From an uncultured delta proteobacterium (GTDB lineage Bacteria > Myxococcota > Myxococcia > Myxococcales > Anaeromyxobacteraceae), in contig CAWJSR010000010.1 in assembly GCA_963845515.1 (NCBI GenBank), positions 128,001-192,000 on the forward strand: a stretch of 64,000 nt of DNA, in the 5' to 3' direction. Shown one piece after another: positions 10,602-19,627 of this stretch (position 1 is the stretch's first letter; every line of letters starts with the position of its first letter). The notes below the pieces were generated by a model. That model was not told the origin of the DNA. It worked only from the letters and a program-made list of their open reading frames with translations, and searched no databases. The position numbers and the translations under genes are program-made.

Positions 10602-12574
10602 CTACTTCTGGCCGAGCCGCAGCGGCACGCGGACGGGCACGGGCTCGCCCTCGTACGGCGTGAAGGACATCTTCATCGCCACCCGCTTCAGGCACTTGCC
10701 AAGCTGCGAGCTCGAGAGCCCATCGTCGTCGATGAACGCGTCGTTCGCGTTTCCGGTCGGCGCGACCTCGACGTAGAGATCGACGGAGCGGCCCACGTAG
10801 GAGGCGTCCGGGCCGCCCGACGCGGCGCGCACGCACTCGTCGAACGACACGCCGGTCCGGGCGATCACCGCACGGACCTCGGCCGCGTCGAGCCCCTTGC
10901 GCTTCGCCGTCGCTGCCGGCGGCGCTGCGCGGCGGCGAGCCGTGCCTTCTCCGCAGCCGCACGTTCGGCGGCGGCGGCCTTGTCGGCGGCGGCCCGCTCG
11001 GCGGTCGCCCTCGCCTGCGCCGCCTTCTCTGCGGCGGCGCGCTCGCGCTCGGCACGCGCCTCACGGTCACGCTCGGCGCGCTGCTCGCGCTCCGCCCTGG
11101 CCTGGTCCGCCTTCTCCTGCGCTGCGCGCTCGCGCTCCGCTCGCGCCTCCCGGTCCTGATTGGCGCGCGCCTCGCGCTCCGCCCTGGCCCGGTCCGCCTT
11201 CTCCTGGGCGGTCGCCCTGGCCTGCGCAGCCCTCTCGGCCTTCTCCTGCGCAGCGCGCTCGCGGTCGGCCTTGGCCTGCGCAGCCTTGTCAGCCTTCTCC
11301 TGCGCAGCCCGCTCACGCTCGGCCTGCCTGCGATCGGCGGCCGTCTCTAGCGGAGCGGGATCGACCTTCGGCGGAGGCGGGCGGAGGGGCGTGGCCTCCG
11401 CGACTGGCGGCGGCACGGGAGCCGTCTCGGGGGAGTACGGCCGGCGGCTGGACGGGAGGTGGTGGCGGCCGGGCGGCCGCGCGGCGACAGGCGGGGGCGC
11501 GATCGGCTGTTGCGCAACCGTGGCTGGAGCGCCGGGGCGCAGGGCGAGGAACGCGCCCAGACCGACCGCAACGACGGCCGCCGAGCCGAGCCCGATGATG
11601 AGGGCCAGTGGCAGGCGGCGCCCGGGCGGCCCTTCACGGCGATGCGCCGCGATCTCGGCCGCCGCCTTCGCCCCCAGATCCGGCACCGGCGCGATCGGCT
11701 CTGGAGTGATGGAGCGGGGCTGACGCGCCGTGGGACCCGCGGGTTCCACGTCCGGGAAGCCGGGGGCTGGGAAGTTGGTGATCGTCTGCCCGTGCAGCGT
11801 GACGGGGGACGGGAAGCCCGGGCTCGTCGCGTTGGGGTTCCCGCGCGCAGGGAAGCCGGCGCCCGTCGCGGAGCGCGGCGTCGCGGCGGACGGGAAGCCA
11901 GCGGCCTGAGGCGGAGAGATCGCCATGCCCGCGAACGGATCGAACGGCTCCTCACGGGACCGGGAGGGAGCCGGCGATGGCGGCTCTGGGAGGTCCAGCT
12001 CGGGCGGGAACGGGTCGTCGGAGGGCAGCTCGGGATCGAACGCGGGGAAGTCGAAGGCGGGGCGTGCGGCTGCAGGCTGCACCGGCTTGCGAGCTGGCTC
12101 GACCGGGGGGACCGACCAGCCGGCGGAGGCAGGCTCGGCGGGTGCCGGCATCGAGACGGTCGGACGTCCCGCGGATGGCGCTGCCGCCCGGGGCGGCGCT
12201 GGCTGCGGCTTCCCCGCCGCCGCCCCCGGCATCACGGTCCGTGAGAACTGTGAGTCAGGTGTGTCGATGCGAGGACGAGCGGGCCCGGGCGCTACGAGCG
12301 ATGCTCCCGACGTTGGCGAAGCCGCCGGGCGGCTCGGCGCCGCAGGGCGCGACGGCGCTGCTGCGGGACGCGGCGCGGCGGGACGCGGCGCGGCGGACTG
12401 CGCGCCCGCAGGCGGCAGCGTCGACACGGCCACCGGATGATCGCTCCCGGGCAGCATCGAAATGACGATGTCGTGCCCGCACTTGCAGCGGATCCGGTAG
12501 ACCTTGCCCGGGACCGGGTCGTCGGCGCTCGAGTAATGCTTCCCGCAGTGGTCGCAGTCGAACTTCACGGCCAC
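10602..12574 (-). CDS. Zinc-ribbon / Pro-rich / TM / TolA-like helix / AgmX-PglI (TonB-C-like) C-terminal domain protein, GltJ-like (frameshift near 10910)
   Basis: N-terminal CDHC...CKCG, Pro-rich linker, one TM, ERAA(Q/A)EKA repeats; C-terminal domain 'FDECV...LGKCLKRVAMKMSFTPYEGEPVPVRVPL' in another frame. Confidence 0.65.
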
Positions 12575-12650
12575 ATCCTACGGTCGGCTGGGGGTGTGCG
12601 CCAGCCCTCCCACTCTTCGATATCGGCGCCGGATGGCCCGGCGCACGGCG

Positions 12651-13130
12651 TCAGAGCCGCCGCTTCTGGTAAGTGCCCATCAACTCCGCGGAGGCCAGGA
12701 CGTGGCCCTGAAGCGCCTTCTCCACCGCACCCTTGGTCGGAAGCCCCAGATCCCCGAGCGCGACGTCGAGCGCGTAGAGCTTGAAGAAGTAGCGGTGGCG
12801 GCCGATCGGCGGGCACGGACCTCCGTACCCGGTGCGGCGCCAGTCGTTGGTGCCCTCCCGCGTCCCAGCCGGCAGCGCCGACGTCTTCACCGCCTCGGGA
12901 AGCCCCGTGGCGGACGCTGGCAGATCGTAGAGGACCCAGTGGACCCACGTCATCTTGGGCGCCTTGGGATCCGGCGCGTCGGGGTCGTCGACGATGAGGA
13001 CCAGGCTCACCGTCTCGCGCGGCACGTTGCGCCACGCGAGCGCGGGCGAGAGGTCCTGCCCCTCGCACGTGTGGAGGGTCGGGATCTCGGCTCCGCTTCC
13101 GAAGGCCGGCGAGGAAAGCTCTAGCGCCAT
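12651..13130 (-). CDS. YbhB/YbcL (PEBP, Raf kinase inhibitor-like) protein
   Basis: 'DDPDAP', 'WVHWVLY', 'YGGPCPP', 'HRYFFKLYALD'. Confidence 0.92.
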   Translation of the reverse strand: MALELSSPAFGSGAEIPTLHTCEGQDLSPALAWRNVPRETVSLVLIVDDPDAPDPKAPKMTWVHWVLYDLPASATGLPEAVKTSALPAGTREGTNDWRRTGYGGPCPPIGRHRYFFKLYALDVALGDLGLPTKGAVEKALQGHVLASAELMGTYQKRRL

Positions 13131-13338
13131 GGGCTCGTCTCCTCGTCGCATCTTAACCCCGTCGACGGCGAAGGCAGCCGCCCCTCGAGTGACGCCGGTG
13201 TCGCGGCTCCCCCTGCCCCCGGGATCCGGATGCTGCTAGAGTGCCGACGGTATCGCGAGATACCGCGGGCGCCCAGGGGGCGCCCGTCGTCTTGGTCACC
13301 GGGCGGGTTGCCTGCGGTCGGGTCGGGAGGCGTGGAGG

Positions 13339-16107
13339 ATGGGGTCGCAGGGAGTCGCATCGCGTGCGCGGGGTGAGAAGGCTGCGCAGCTCACTCGTTT
13401 CCACCAGCGGATCGCCGCAGAGGCGCTGACCGCTCGCGGCGGCGGCGGCGCGGCACGCCTGACGCCGGCCCTCGTCCACTCGGCGGTCGACCTCAACCCG
13501 CACCAGATCGAGGCGGCTGCCTTCGCCCTGGCGGCCCTGCCCACCGGCGGCGCCATCCTCGCCGACGAGGTCGGGCTGGGGAAGACGGTCGAGGCGGGGC
13601 TCGTCCTGTCCCAGCTCGCCGCCGAGGGGCGGAACCGGATCCTGATCCTGGTCCCCTCGTCGCTGCGGGCCCAGTGGAGGAACGAGCTCCAGTCCAAGTT
13701 CGGGATGGAGTCGACCCTGGTGGACGGCGACTCGTTCCGCGCCTCGGAGAAGCTGGGGCTGCGCACCAACCTCTTCGACACCGGCGGCATCGTCATCGCG
13801 TCGCACCAGTTCGCGGCGATGCGCGGGGCGGAGATCGAGCGCGTCCCCTGGGATCTCGCGGTGATCGACGAGGCCCACCGGCTGCGGAACGCCTACCGGC
13901 GCGATCACCGGACCGGCCAGGCGCTGCGCAAGGCGCTCCGCAAGTGCCCGAAGCTCCTGCTCACGGCGACGCCGCTCCAGAACGACATCATGGAGCTGCT
14001 CGGGCTCGCCGCCTTCATCGACGACGCGCTGCTCGGCAACGAGGAGACCTTCCGGCTCCAGTACGCCACCGGCGAGCTGACCGAGGAGAAGGCGGCCGAC
14101 CTCAAGGCGCGGCTGGCGCCAGTCGTCATCCGAACGCTCCGCCGCCAGGTGCGGGAGTACGTGAAGTACACGGCGCGCCGGTCCTTCGTGGAGGACTTCG
14201 CGCCGAGCGCGCAGGAGCAGGAGCTCTACGATCGGGTCTCCGAGTACCTCCGCCGCGAGGACGCCTACGCGATCCCGCAGGCCCGGCGCGCCCTCTTCGT
14301 CCTCGTCTACCGGAAGATCCTCGCCTCCTCCTCCTTCGCGCTCGCGGCCACGCTCGACCGGCTCGCCGACTCGCTAGACGAGAAGCTGGCGGGCGTCGAG
14401 TGCACCGCCCAGGCCGACCTGCTCCTCGAGATGGAGGGCTTCGACGACGAGCTCGAGGAGCTCTTCGACGAAGGCACCGCCGCGGCGCGCCCGAAGGGGC
14501 CCGTGGCCGTGCGGAAGATGACGGCCGAGCTGGACGAGCTGCGCGCCTGCGCGAAGCTCGCCCGCACCATCACGCAGAACGCCAAGGGGGACGCGCTCGT
14601 CCGCGGCCTCGACCGGTGCTTCACCGTGGCGAAGGCCTGCGGCTGGCCGGACAAGGCGGTCGTCTTCACCGAGTTCCGCCGGACGCAGGACTACCTGGCG
14701 AAGCTCCTCGCGTCGAAGGGCTACACGGTCACCTGCCTCTCGGGCGACGTGAGCGGCGCCGAGAAGCGGCAGGCGCTGGTCGAGGAGTTCCGGGACACGA
14801 CCCAGATCCTCCTGATGACCGAGGCGGGGGCGGAGGGGCTCAACCTCCAGTTCTGCAACCTCGTCGTGAACTACGACCTCCCCTGGAACCCACAGCGGGT
14901 CGAGCAGCGGATCGGGCGGTGCCACAGGTACGGGCAGACGCGCGACGTGCTGGTCCTCAACTTCCTCAACCGGCAGAACGCCGCCGACGCGCGGCTCTTC
15001 GACCTGCTCTCGCAGAAGCTCGCCCTCTTCGACGGCGTCTTCGGCTCCTCCGACGAGATCCTCGGGGCGCTCGGCAGCGGCATCGACTTCGAGAAGCGCG
15101 TCCTGGACATCTACCAGTCCTGCCGCTCGCCCGACGAGGTGGATCAGGCCTTCAACGTGCTCCGCGAGGACCTGGACGGACGGATCAACGCCCGCTTCGC
15201 GGCGGCCCGCACGCTCCTCTTCGAGCGGTTCGACGGCGAGGTTCGCGGCAAGCTCCGGCTGGCCGAGCAGGTGGCGCGCGAGGCGGTGGCGAAGCGCGAG
15301 GCGGACGAGGACGCCCTCGTCGCCTCCGTCTTCGACGAGGGGGTGCCCGCCGGGTCCGAGCCCGAGCCCGCCGGCGACGCGGAGCCCACGAAGGGGCGCT
15401 CGAAGCGCGCGAAGCTCGTGAAGGAGGCCGCGGCGAAGGTGCGCGCGCGGCCGCAGGACTCGGTCGCGTTCCTGGAGCTCGCGTCGCGCGACCTGCCGCC
15501 GCCGCTCGGGGTGCTGGCCGGGCGCGAGGGCTGGTGGTTCGCCTACAAGTACACGCTCGACGCGCTCGTCTCCGAGGAGAAGGTCATCCACCTCGTCCTC
15601 TGGTTCGACGGCGAGAGGTTCCGGGCGCTGCCGCAGGAGGAGGCCGAGGCCTTCGCCACGCTGCCGGCGGCGGAGTCGAAGGCGGGGCCACGGGGCGCGA
15701 CGGTCTCGATCGGCGAGCAGCAGGAGGTGGAGCTCACCTCGATCCGCGCGAAGCTCCTCGGCGAGCTCCAGGAGAGGATCGGCGGCACGTTCGACGCGGC
15801 GCGCGACCGCTGGGACCGCGCCGTCGAGGACGGGCTGGCCGCGCCGCGCAAGGCGACCGACGACGCGCGGACCGCCTGGGGGCGCGCGCGCGCCGGCCTC
15901 GCGGAGAAGAGCGACCTGCCGATGCGCGACCGCCGCGCGCTGCTGGAGCGGGCCGAGCGCGACTACCGCCGCCGGCTCGACGACCTGCGCGCGCTGGAGG
16001 CGACGCGCTACGGCGAGAAGGACCGCGCCATCACCGAACTGAAGAAGAAGGCCGAGGTGAAGGAGAAGCGGACGCTCGTGGCGACGGCCTACTGGCGCTG
16101 CAGCTGA
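13339..16107 (+). CDS. SNF2-family helicase/ATPase (RapA/HepA-like core)
   Basis: 'ILADEVGLGKT', 'DEAH', 'LTATP', 'EGLNLQ', 'NYDLPWNPQRVEQRIGRCHRYGQ'. Confidence 0.92.
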   Translation: MGSQGVASRARGEKAAQLTRFHQRIAAEALTARGGGGAARLTPALVHSAVDLNPHQIEAAAFALAALPTGGAILADEVGLGKTVEAGLVLSQLAAEGRNRILILVPSSLRAQWRNELQSKFGMESTLVDGDSFRASEKLGLRTNLFDTGGIVIASHQFAAMRGAEIERVPWDLAVIDEAHRLRNAYRRDHRTGQALRKALRKCPKLLLTATPLQNDIMELLGLAAFIDDALLGNEETFRLQYATGELTEEKAADLKARLAPVVIRTLRRQVREYVKYTARRSFVEDFAPSAQEQELYDRVSEYLRREDAYAIPQARRALFVLVYRKILASSSFALAATLDRLADSLDEKLAGVECTAQADLLLEMEGFDDELEELFDEGTAAARPKGPVAVRKMTAELDELRACAKLARTITQNAKGDALVRGLDRCFTVAKACGWPDKAVVFTEFRRTQDYLAKLLASKGYTVTCLSGDVSGAEKRQALVEEFRDTTQILLMTEAGAEGLNLQFCNLVVNYDLPWNPQRVEQRIGRCHRYGQTRDVLVLNFLNRQNAADARLFDLLSQKLALFDGVFGSSDEILGALGSGIDFEKRVLDIYQSCRSPDEVDQAFNVLREDLDGRINARFAAARTLLFERFDGEVRGKLRLAEQVAREAVAKREADEDALVASVFDEGVPAGSEPEPAGDAEPTKGRSKRAKLVKEAAAKVRARPQDSVAFLELASRDLPPPLGVLAGREGWWFAYKYTLDALVSEEKVIHLVLWFDGERFRALPQEEAEAFATLPAAESKAGPRGATVSIGEQQEVELTSIRAKLLGELQERIGGTFDAARDRWDRAVEDGLAAPRKATDDARTAWGRARAGLAEKSDLPMRDRRALLERAERDYRRRLDDLRALEATRYGEKDRAITELKKKAEVKEKRTLVATAYWRCS

Positions 16108-16125
16108 CCGGGCCATGGTGACCGT

Positions 16126-16165
16126 CCCCTCGCCCTCATCGAGGGAGAGGGCAAGGGTGAGGGAG
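16126..16165. repeat. REP-like palindromic repeat
   Basis: CCCCTCGCCCTC-ATC-GAGGGAGAGGG...GGGTGAGGG, variant of the copies at 40027 and 54590. Confidence 0.75.
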
Positions 16166-16222
16166 CGACCAAGGCGCCGCGTGGTGCGGCCGGTCGGACC
16201 TCAGCGCCTGTTCTTCAGCAGC

Positions 16223-16573
16223 CTAGCGCCGCAAGAGCCACTCGGCAGCCGCCTGAAGCGTGACAACAACCGCCAGACATGCTCGCCAGCGTCGCCTCAC
16301 CATGGCGAACACTGCCAGACCTGCTGCCACGGCACCCACGCAACCCGCTGCGAATGCGTACGACTCATACGCAAAGCGGCTCCGGTAGATGAGGCCGCCC
16401 TCGCCAATCATCGCTTCCGACCCGAAATGATAGGCGAGCCCCGCCTCTTGCGAGGCAAACGCCAACCCCCGCCACTCGAGAAGCCACACAACCGCATAGA
16501 GAAGCTCGCTGGCCCCGACCACACCGAGGCAGCCCAGCCACAGCCAGCGAAGCCTCGAGGTTCCCGATTTCAT
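16223..16573 (-). CDS. Small hypothetical membrane protein
   Basis: 116 aa with about three hydrophobic segments; starts immediately after the lipid kinase stop; visibly lower GC than neighbours. Confidence 0.5.
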   Translation of the reverse strand: MKSGTSRLRWLWLGCLGVVGASELLYAVVWLLEWRGLAFASQEAGLAYHFGSEAMIGEGGLIYRSRFAYESYAFAAGCVGAVAAGLAVFAMVRRRWRACLAVVVTLQAAAEWLLRR

Positions 16574-16574
16574 C

Positions 16575-17507
16575 TCATCCGCCGCCCACCCGCACCCTCA
16601 GCGCCCCCGGCAGCACCGTGACCTTCGCCGGCAGCCGGCCGGGCTGCTCGCCGTCGAGGTCCAGTGGCAGGGCTCCCCCGCCCAGCGGGACCAGCTCCAG
16701 CTCGCTCACCCGCAGCACCTCCGTCTTCGGGAGCGAGACGTGTCGGCCGTCGTAGAGCTTCCGACGCTGCAGCGCCAGGTCGAGCGCGCCGTAGCCCTTC
16801 CAGAGCACGAGGTCGAAGCGGCCGTCGTCCAGCCTCGCGTCGGGGGCCACCTTCATCCCGCCGCCGAAGAAGCGGCCGTTGCAGCACGACAGCGCCGTGA
16901 TCCGGTCCTCGCGCCACGCGCCGCCGTCGGCGCGCCAGCGGACCAGCCGGTCCGACCAGGAGAGCATCGCCCGCGCGCTCGCGATGAAGAAGGTCAGCTT
17001 CCCGGACACGAGCCGGCGCCCGGAGTTGACGTTGGCCGCCACCACCGCCGAGACCCCGCAGGTGGCGACGTTGACGAAGTGGCGGACGAAGGGCGCGCCG
17101 CCGTTGCCGACGAGCTCGGCGCGGCCGAGGTCGATCACCATCGTCCCGGGGTGGGCGAGGGCGCGCGCCGCGGTCCTGACGTCGTCGCTCAGCCCCAGGG
17201 AGCGGCGCAGGTCTCCGCCCGTTCCGTGCGGGATGAAGCCGACCTCCAGCGACGGGTCGGCCGTGACCCCGGCGGCGGCCAGCCCGTCGATCACCTCGCT
17301 GGCGGTGCCGTCGCCACCGACGGCGACGATGAACCGCCTCCCGAGCACGTAGGCCTCGCGCGCGAGCCGAGCGCCATCGCCGGCCGAGAGCGTGAACGCC
17401 CACTCCACCTCCCCCACCGCCGCCCGGACCTCGCGCAGGATCCGATCGAAGTGACGGCCGGTCCAGCCGCCCGCGCTGTGGGGGTTGACGACGAGGAACG
17501 GCTTCAC
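16575..17507 (-). CDS. Diacylglycerol kinase-family (YegS/DgkB-like) lipid kinase
   Basis: 'VVNPHSAGG', 'AVGGDGT', 'IPHGTGGDL', 'NGRFFGGG', 'DLDGE'. Confidence 0.92.
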   Translation of the reverse strand: MKPFLVVNPHSAGGWTGRHFDRILREVRAAVGEVEWAFTLSAGDGARLAREAYVLGRRFIVAVGGDGTASEVIDGLAAAGVTADPSLEVGFIPHGTGGDLRRSLGLSDDVRTAARALAHPGTMVIDLGRAELVGNGGAPFVRHFVNVATCGVSAVVAANVNSGRRLVSGKLTFFIASARAMLSWSDRLVRWRADGGAWREDRITALSCCNGRFFGGGMKVAPDARLDDGRFDLVLWKGYGALDLALQRRKLYDGRHVSLPKTEVLRVSELELVPLGGGALPLDLDGEQPGRLPAKVTVLPGALRVRVGGG

Positions 17508-17956
17508 GGGCGCGGGCTCCGCTTGCCGCGCCCCTGATCCGCCGTGGCGCGCTGCTGCGCCAGCGCCCGGAGCTGCTCGACGATCCGGGAGATCGGGACC
17601 CCCGATGGGCACGCGTCGTCGCAGTCGCGGCAGCCCTCGCAGGCGGCGAGGAGCGCGGCGGCCGAGCCGATCTCGCCGAGGTGCTTCGCGTGGAGCCGGA
17701 AGACCGACTGGAGCCCGAGCGCGCCGGCGCCCCCGGAGCGCAGCCTGCAGCGCGGCTCGCAGAGGCCGCAGCCCGTGCACGCGGCGGCGGCGAGCGCGAT
17801 CTCGCGGTCCTCCGCGCGCGTCGGGATGCACCCCTCGCCGAAGTAGGCCTCCGCGAAGCGCTCCTTCGCCGAGGTTCGCCGCGCCGCCTTGCGCAGCGGC
17901 TGGACGACGACGAAGCGCCACCCGAGCCAGGCGATGGAGGTCAGGCGGCTGGTCAC
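17504..17956 (-). CDS. Small 2x[4Fe-4S] dicluster protein
   Basis: 'CTGCGLCEPRC' and 'CEGCRDCDDACP'; overlaps glpB and the kinase by 4 nt each. Confidence 0.8.
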   Translation of the reverse strand: MTSRLTSIAWLGWRFVVVQPLRKAARRTSAKERFAEAYFGEGCIPTRAEDREIALAAAACTGCGLCEPRCRLRSGGAGALGLQSVFRLHAKHLGEIGSAAALLAACEGCRDCDDACPSGVPISRIVEQLRALAQQRATADQGRGKRSPRP

Positions 17957-19260
17957 GGCAGCCTCCCGGCAGCCGAGCGCCCGGCCAGCCAGCCGGTGAG
18001 GATCGCGAGGCCGAGCCCCGTGCCGTCGACCGCCTGCTCGTGCCCACCGATGAGCGCACCGGCCGCGAAGAGCCGCGCGTGGATCGGCTCCCCATCCTCG
18101 CCGAGCGGCCGGAGGCTGGCGTCGACCTGGATCCCGGCGGAGAGCAGCGGCTGGTCGATCCGGCGGTCCCGGTGCGTCAGCGTCGCCGCCGGCCGGTCGG
18201 CGAGGTGGACGCCGGCCTGCCCGCCCTCGGCGGCCAGGATCGGAAGACCCAGGAGCGGCTCTCGCAGGCCGCGGTGGCGCACGACGCCGCCGCCCGCGAA
18301 GCGCCCCGTGGCCAGCACCCAGGCCCGCGCCTCGATCTCCAGCCCTGCCACCTGGATCGGGTCGTCGAGCCTCATCGGCGACGCCGGGGAGCCCACCACC
18401 AGCTCGACCCCCGCCGACGCGAGCGCCTGGAGCAGCGCGGCGTCCAGCCTGAGGCCCGGAACGCTCGGCAGGTCGGAGAGGCTCTCCGCCACGGGGAGCC
18501 CAGCGCGCTCCGAGATCCGCTCTGCGACCCGTGCCTGTGGCGAGAGCCCGAGGACCGGCGGCAGGAGCGCTGCGGTCGCGCCGGCTGGGAGGAGGGCGCG
18601 GAGGCGGTCCCCCAGCGCCTCGGCGGCCCCCGGGGCCTCCAGCGCGAGCGCCAGCGCGTGGGGCATCGCGACCGGTCCACCGATCCCGACCGGGAGCGGA
18701 AGCTCCACCTCAACGGCGTGGGGCGCGCCCAGCCTCCCGAGCCGGCGGAGTCCGTCCGCCATCAGCGCGGCGTCCCAGGCGAGGCTGTCTGCGAAGCCGA
18801 CCACGGCGAGCGTCCCGCGCAGGGCGGCGAGGTCTCCCGCGGCCTGCGTGCGCTGGCAGAGGGCGCACGCGACCGCCGTCCCCAGCGGCGTGGCGACGAA
18901 CCGGCTGCGCTCCAGCGGCGGCGCGTACAGGTCGCCGAGCGCGCTGGCGGCGAAGGCGAGCGCCTCGGGGTAGCGCTCTAGCGCCTCACCGACGACGGCG
19001 TACGGGTGCTCCGGGTGGGCCGCGGCGAGTCGGCGTGCCGAGTCGAGCGGTCCGCGCCGGCTCGCGAGCGGGTCGCCGGGCAGCGCCGTCTCGTCACGCG
19101 CGACCGTGACCGCCCCCGAGGAGAGCGCCGTGGCGCCGGGGGAGCGGCGCACGAGGATCACCTTCGCGCCGGTCTCTCGCGCGGCGAGGGCGGCGATCGC
19201 TCCCGCCATGCCCCCGCCGATGACGAGGACGTCCGCAGCGGTGGGCCGCCCCTCACCCAT
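17953..19260 (-). CDS. glpB: Anaerobic glycerol-3-phosphate dehydrogenase subunit B-like flavoprotein
   Basis: 'DVLVIGGGMAG', 'GATALSSGA', 'PSVPGLRL', 'VLATGRFAGGG', 'GTGLGLAILTG'; start uncertain. Confidence 0.8.
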   Translation of the reverse strand: MGEGRPTAADVLVIGGGMAGAIAALAARETGAKVILVRRSPGATALSSGAVTVARDETALPGDPLASRRGPLDSARRLAAAHPEHPYAVVGEALERYPEALAFAASALGDLYAPPLERSRFVATPLGTAVACALCQRTQAAGDLAALRGTLAVVGFADSLAWDAALMADGLRRLGRLGAPHAVEVELPLPVGIGGPVAMPHALALALEAPGAAEALGDRLRALLPAGATAALLPPVLGLSPQARVAERISERAGLPVAESLSDLPSVPGLRLDAALLQALASAGVELVVGSPASPMRLDDPIQVAGLEIEARAWVLATGRFAGGGVVRHRGLREPLLGLPILAAEGGQAGVHLADRPAATLTHRDRRIDQPLLSAGIQVDASLRPLGEDGEPIHARLFAAGALIGGHEQAVDGTGLGLAILTGWLAGRSAAGRLP

Positions 19261-19374
19261 GACCCGCTCCCCAGCCGGAACCATGACCATTGGCCTCATC
19301 TCGGGCTGCGTCGGCGGGAAGGGACTGCGCGGTTCGCGCTGGCCAGCGGGAATGTTCGACCTCGCTGTGAACTT

Positions 19375-19546
19375 CCCTCTCCCCCGCTCCGGCGGGGGAG
19401 AGGTCCGGTGAGGGGGCCTCCCGTTCACTCTCCGTTAGCCGTTGGACGTCACCCCAGATGGCTCGCTCCGCGTCGGTCGAGTCCCGTCGAGGTTCGCGAC
19501 GGAATCCCCCTCACCCAGCCTCTCCCCCGCGGGGGCGGGGGAGAGG
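19375..19546. repeat. Pair of inverted REP-like palindromes in the glpA-glpB spacer
   Basis: CCCTCTCCCCCGC-TCCG-GCGGGGGAGAGG (19375-19416) and CCCCTCACCCAGCCTCTCCCCCGC...GCGGGGGAGAGG (19506-19546). Confidence 0.75.
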
Positions 19547-19627
19547 TGCATCCCCAAGGCGCGAAGACGCAATGAATGGTCAGGGCCGGAACCGGGGAGA
19601 GGGAGCTGATCCTGTCGCGCTGCGCGC

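Noticed and set aside
13339..16107. DISARM or BREX defence system
   Set aside because: No companion methyltransferase, DUF1998, PLD or PglZ genes nearby
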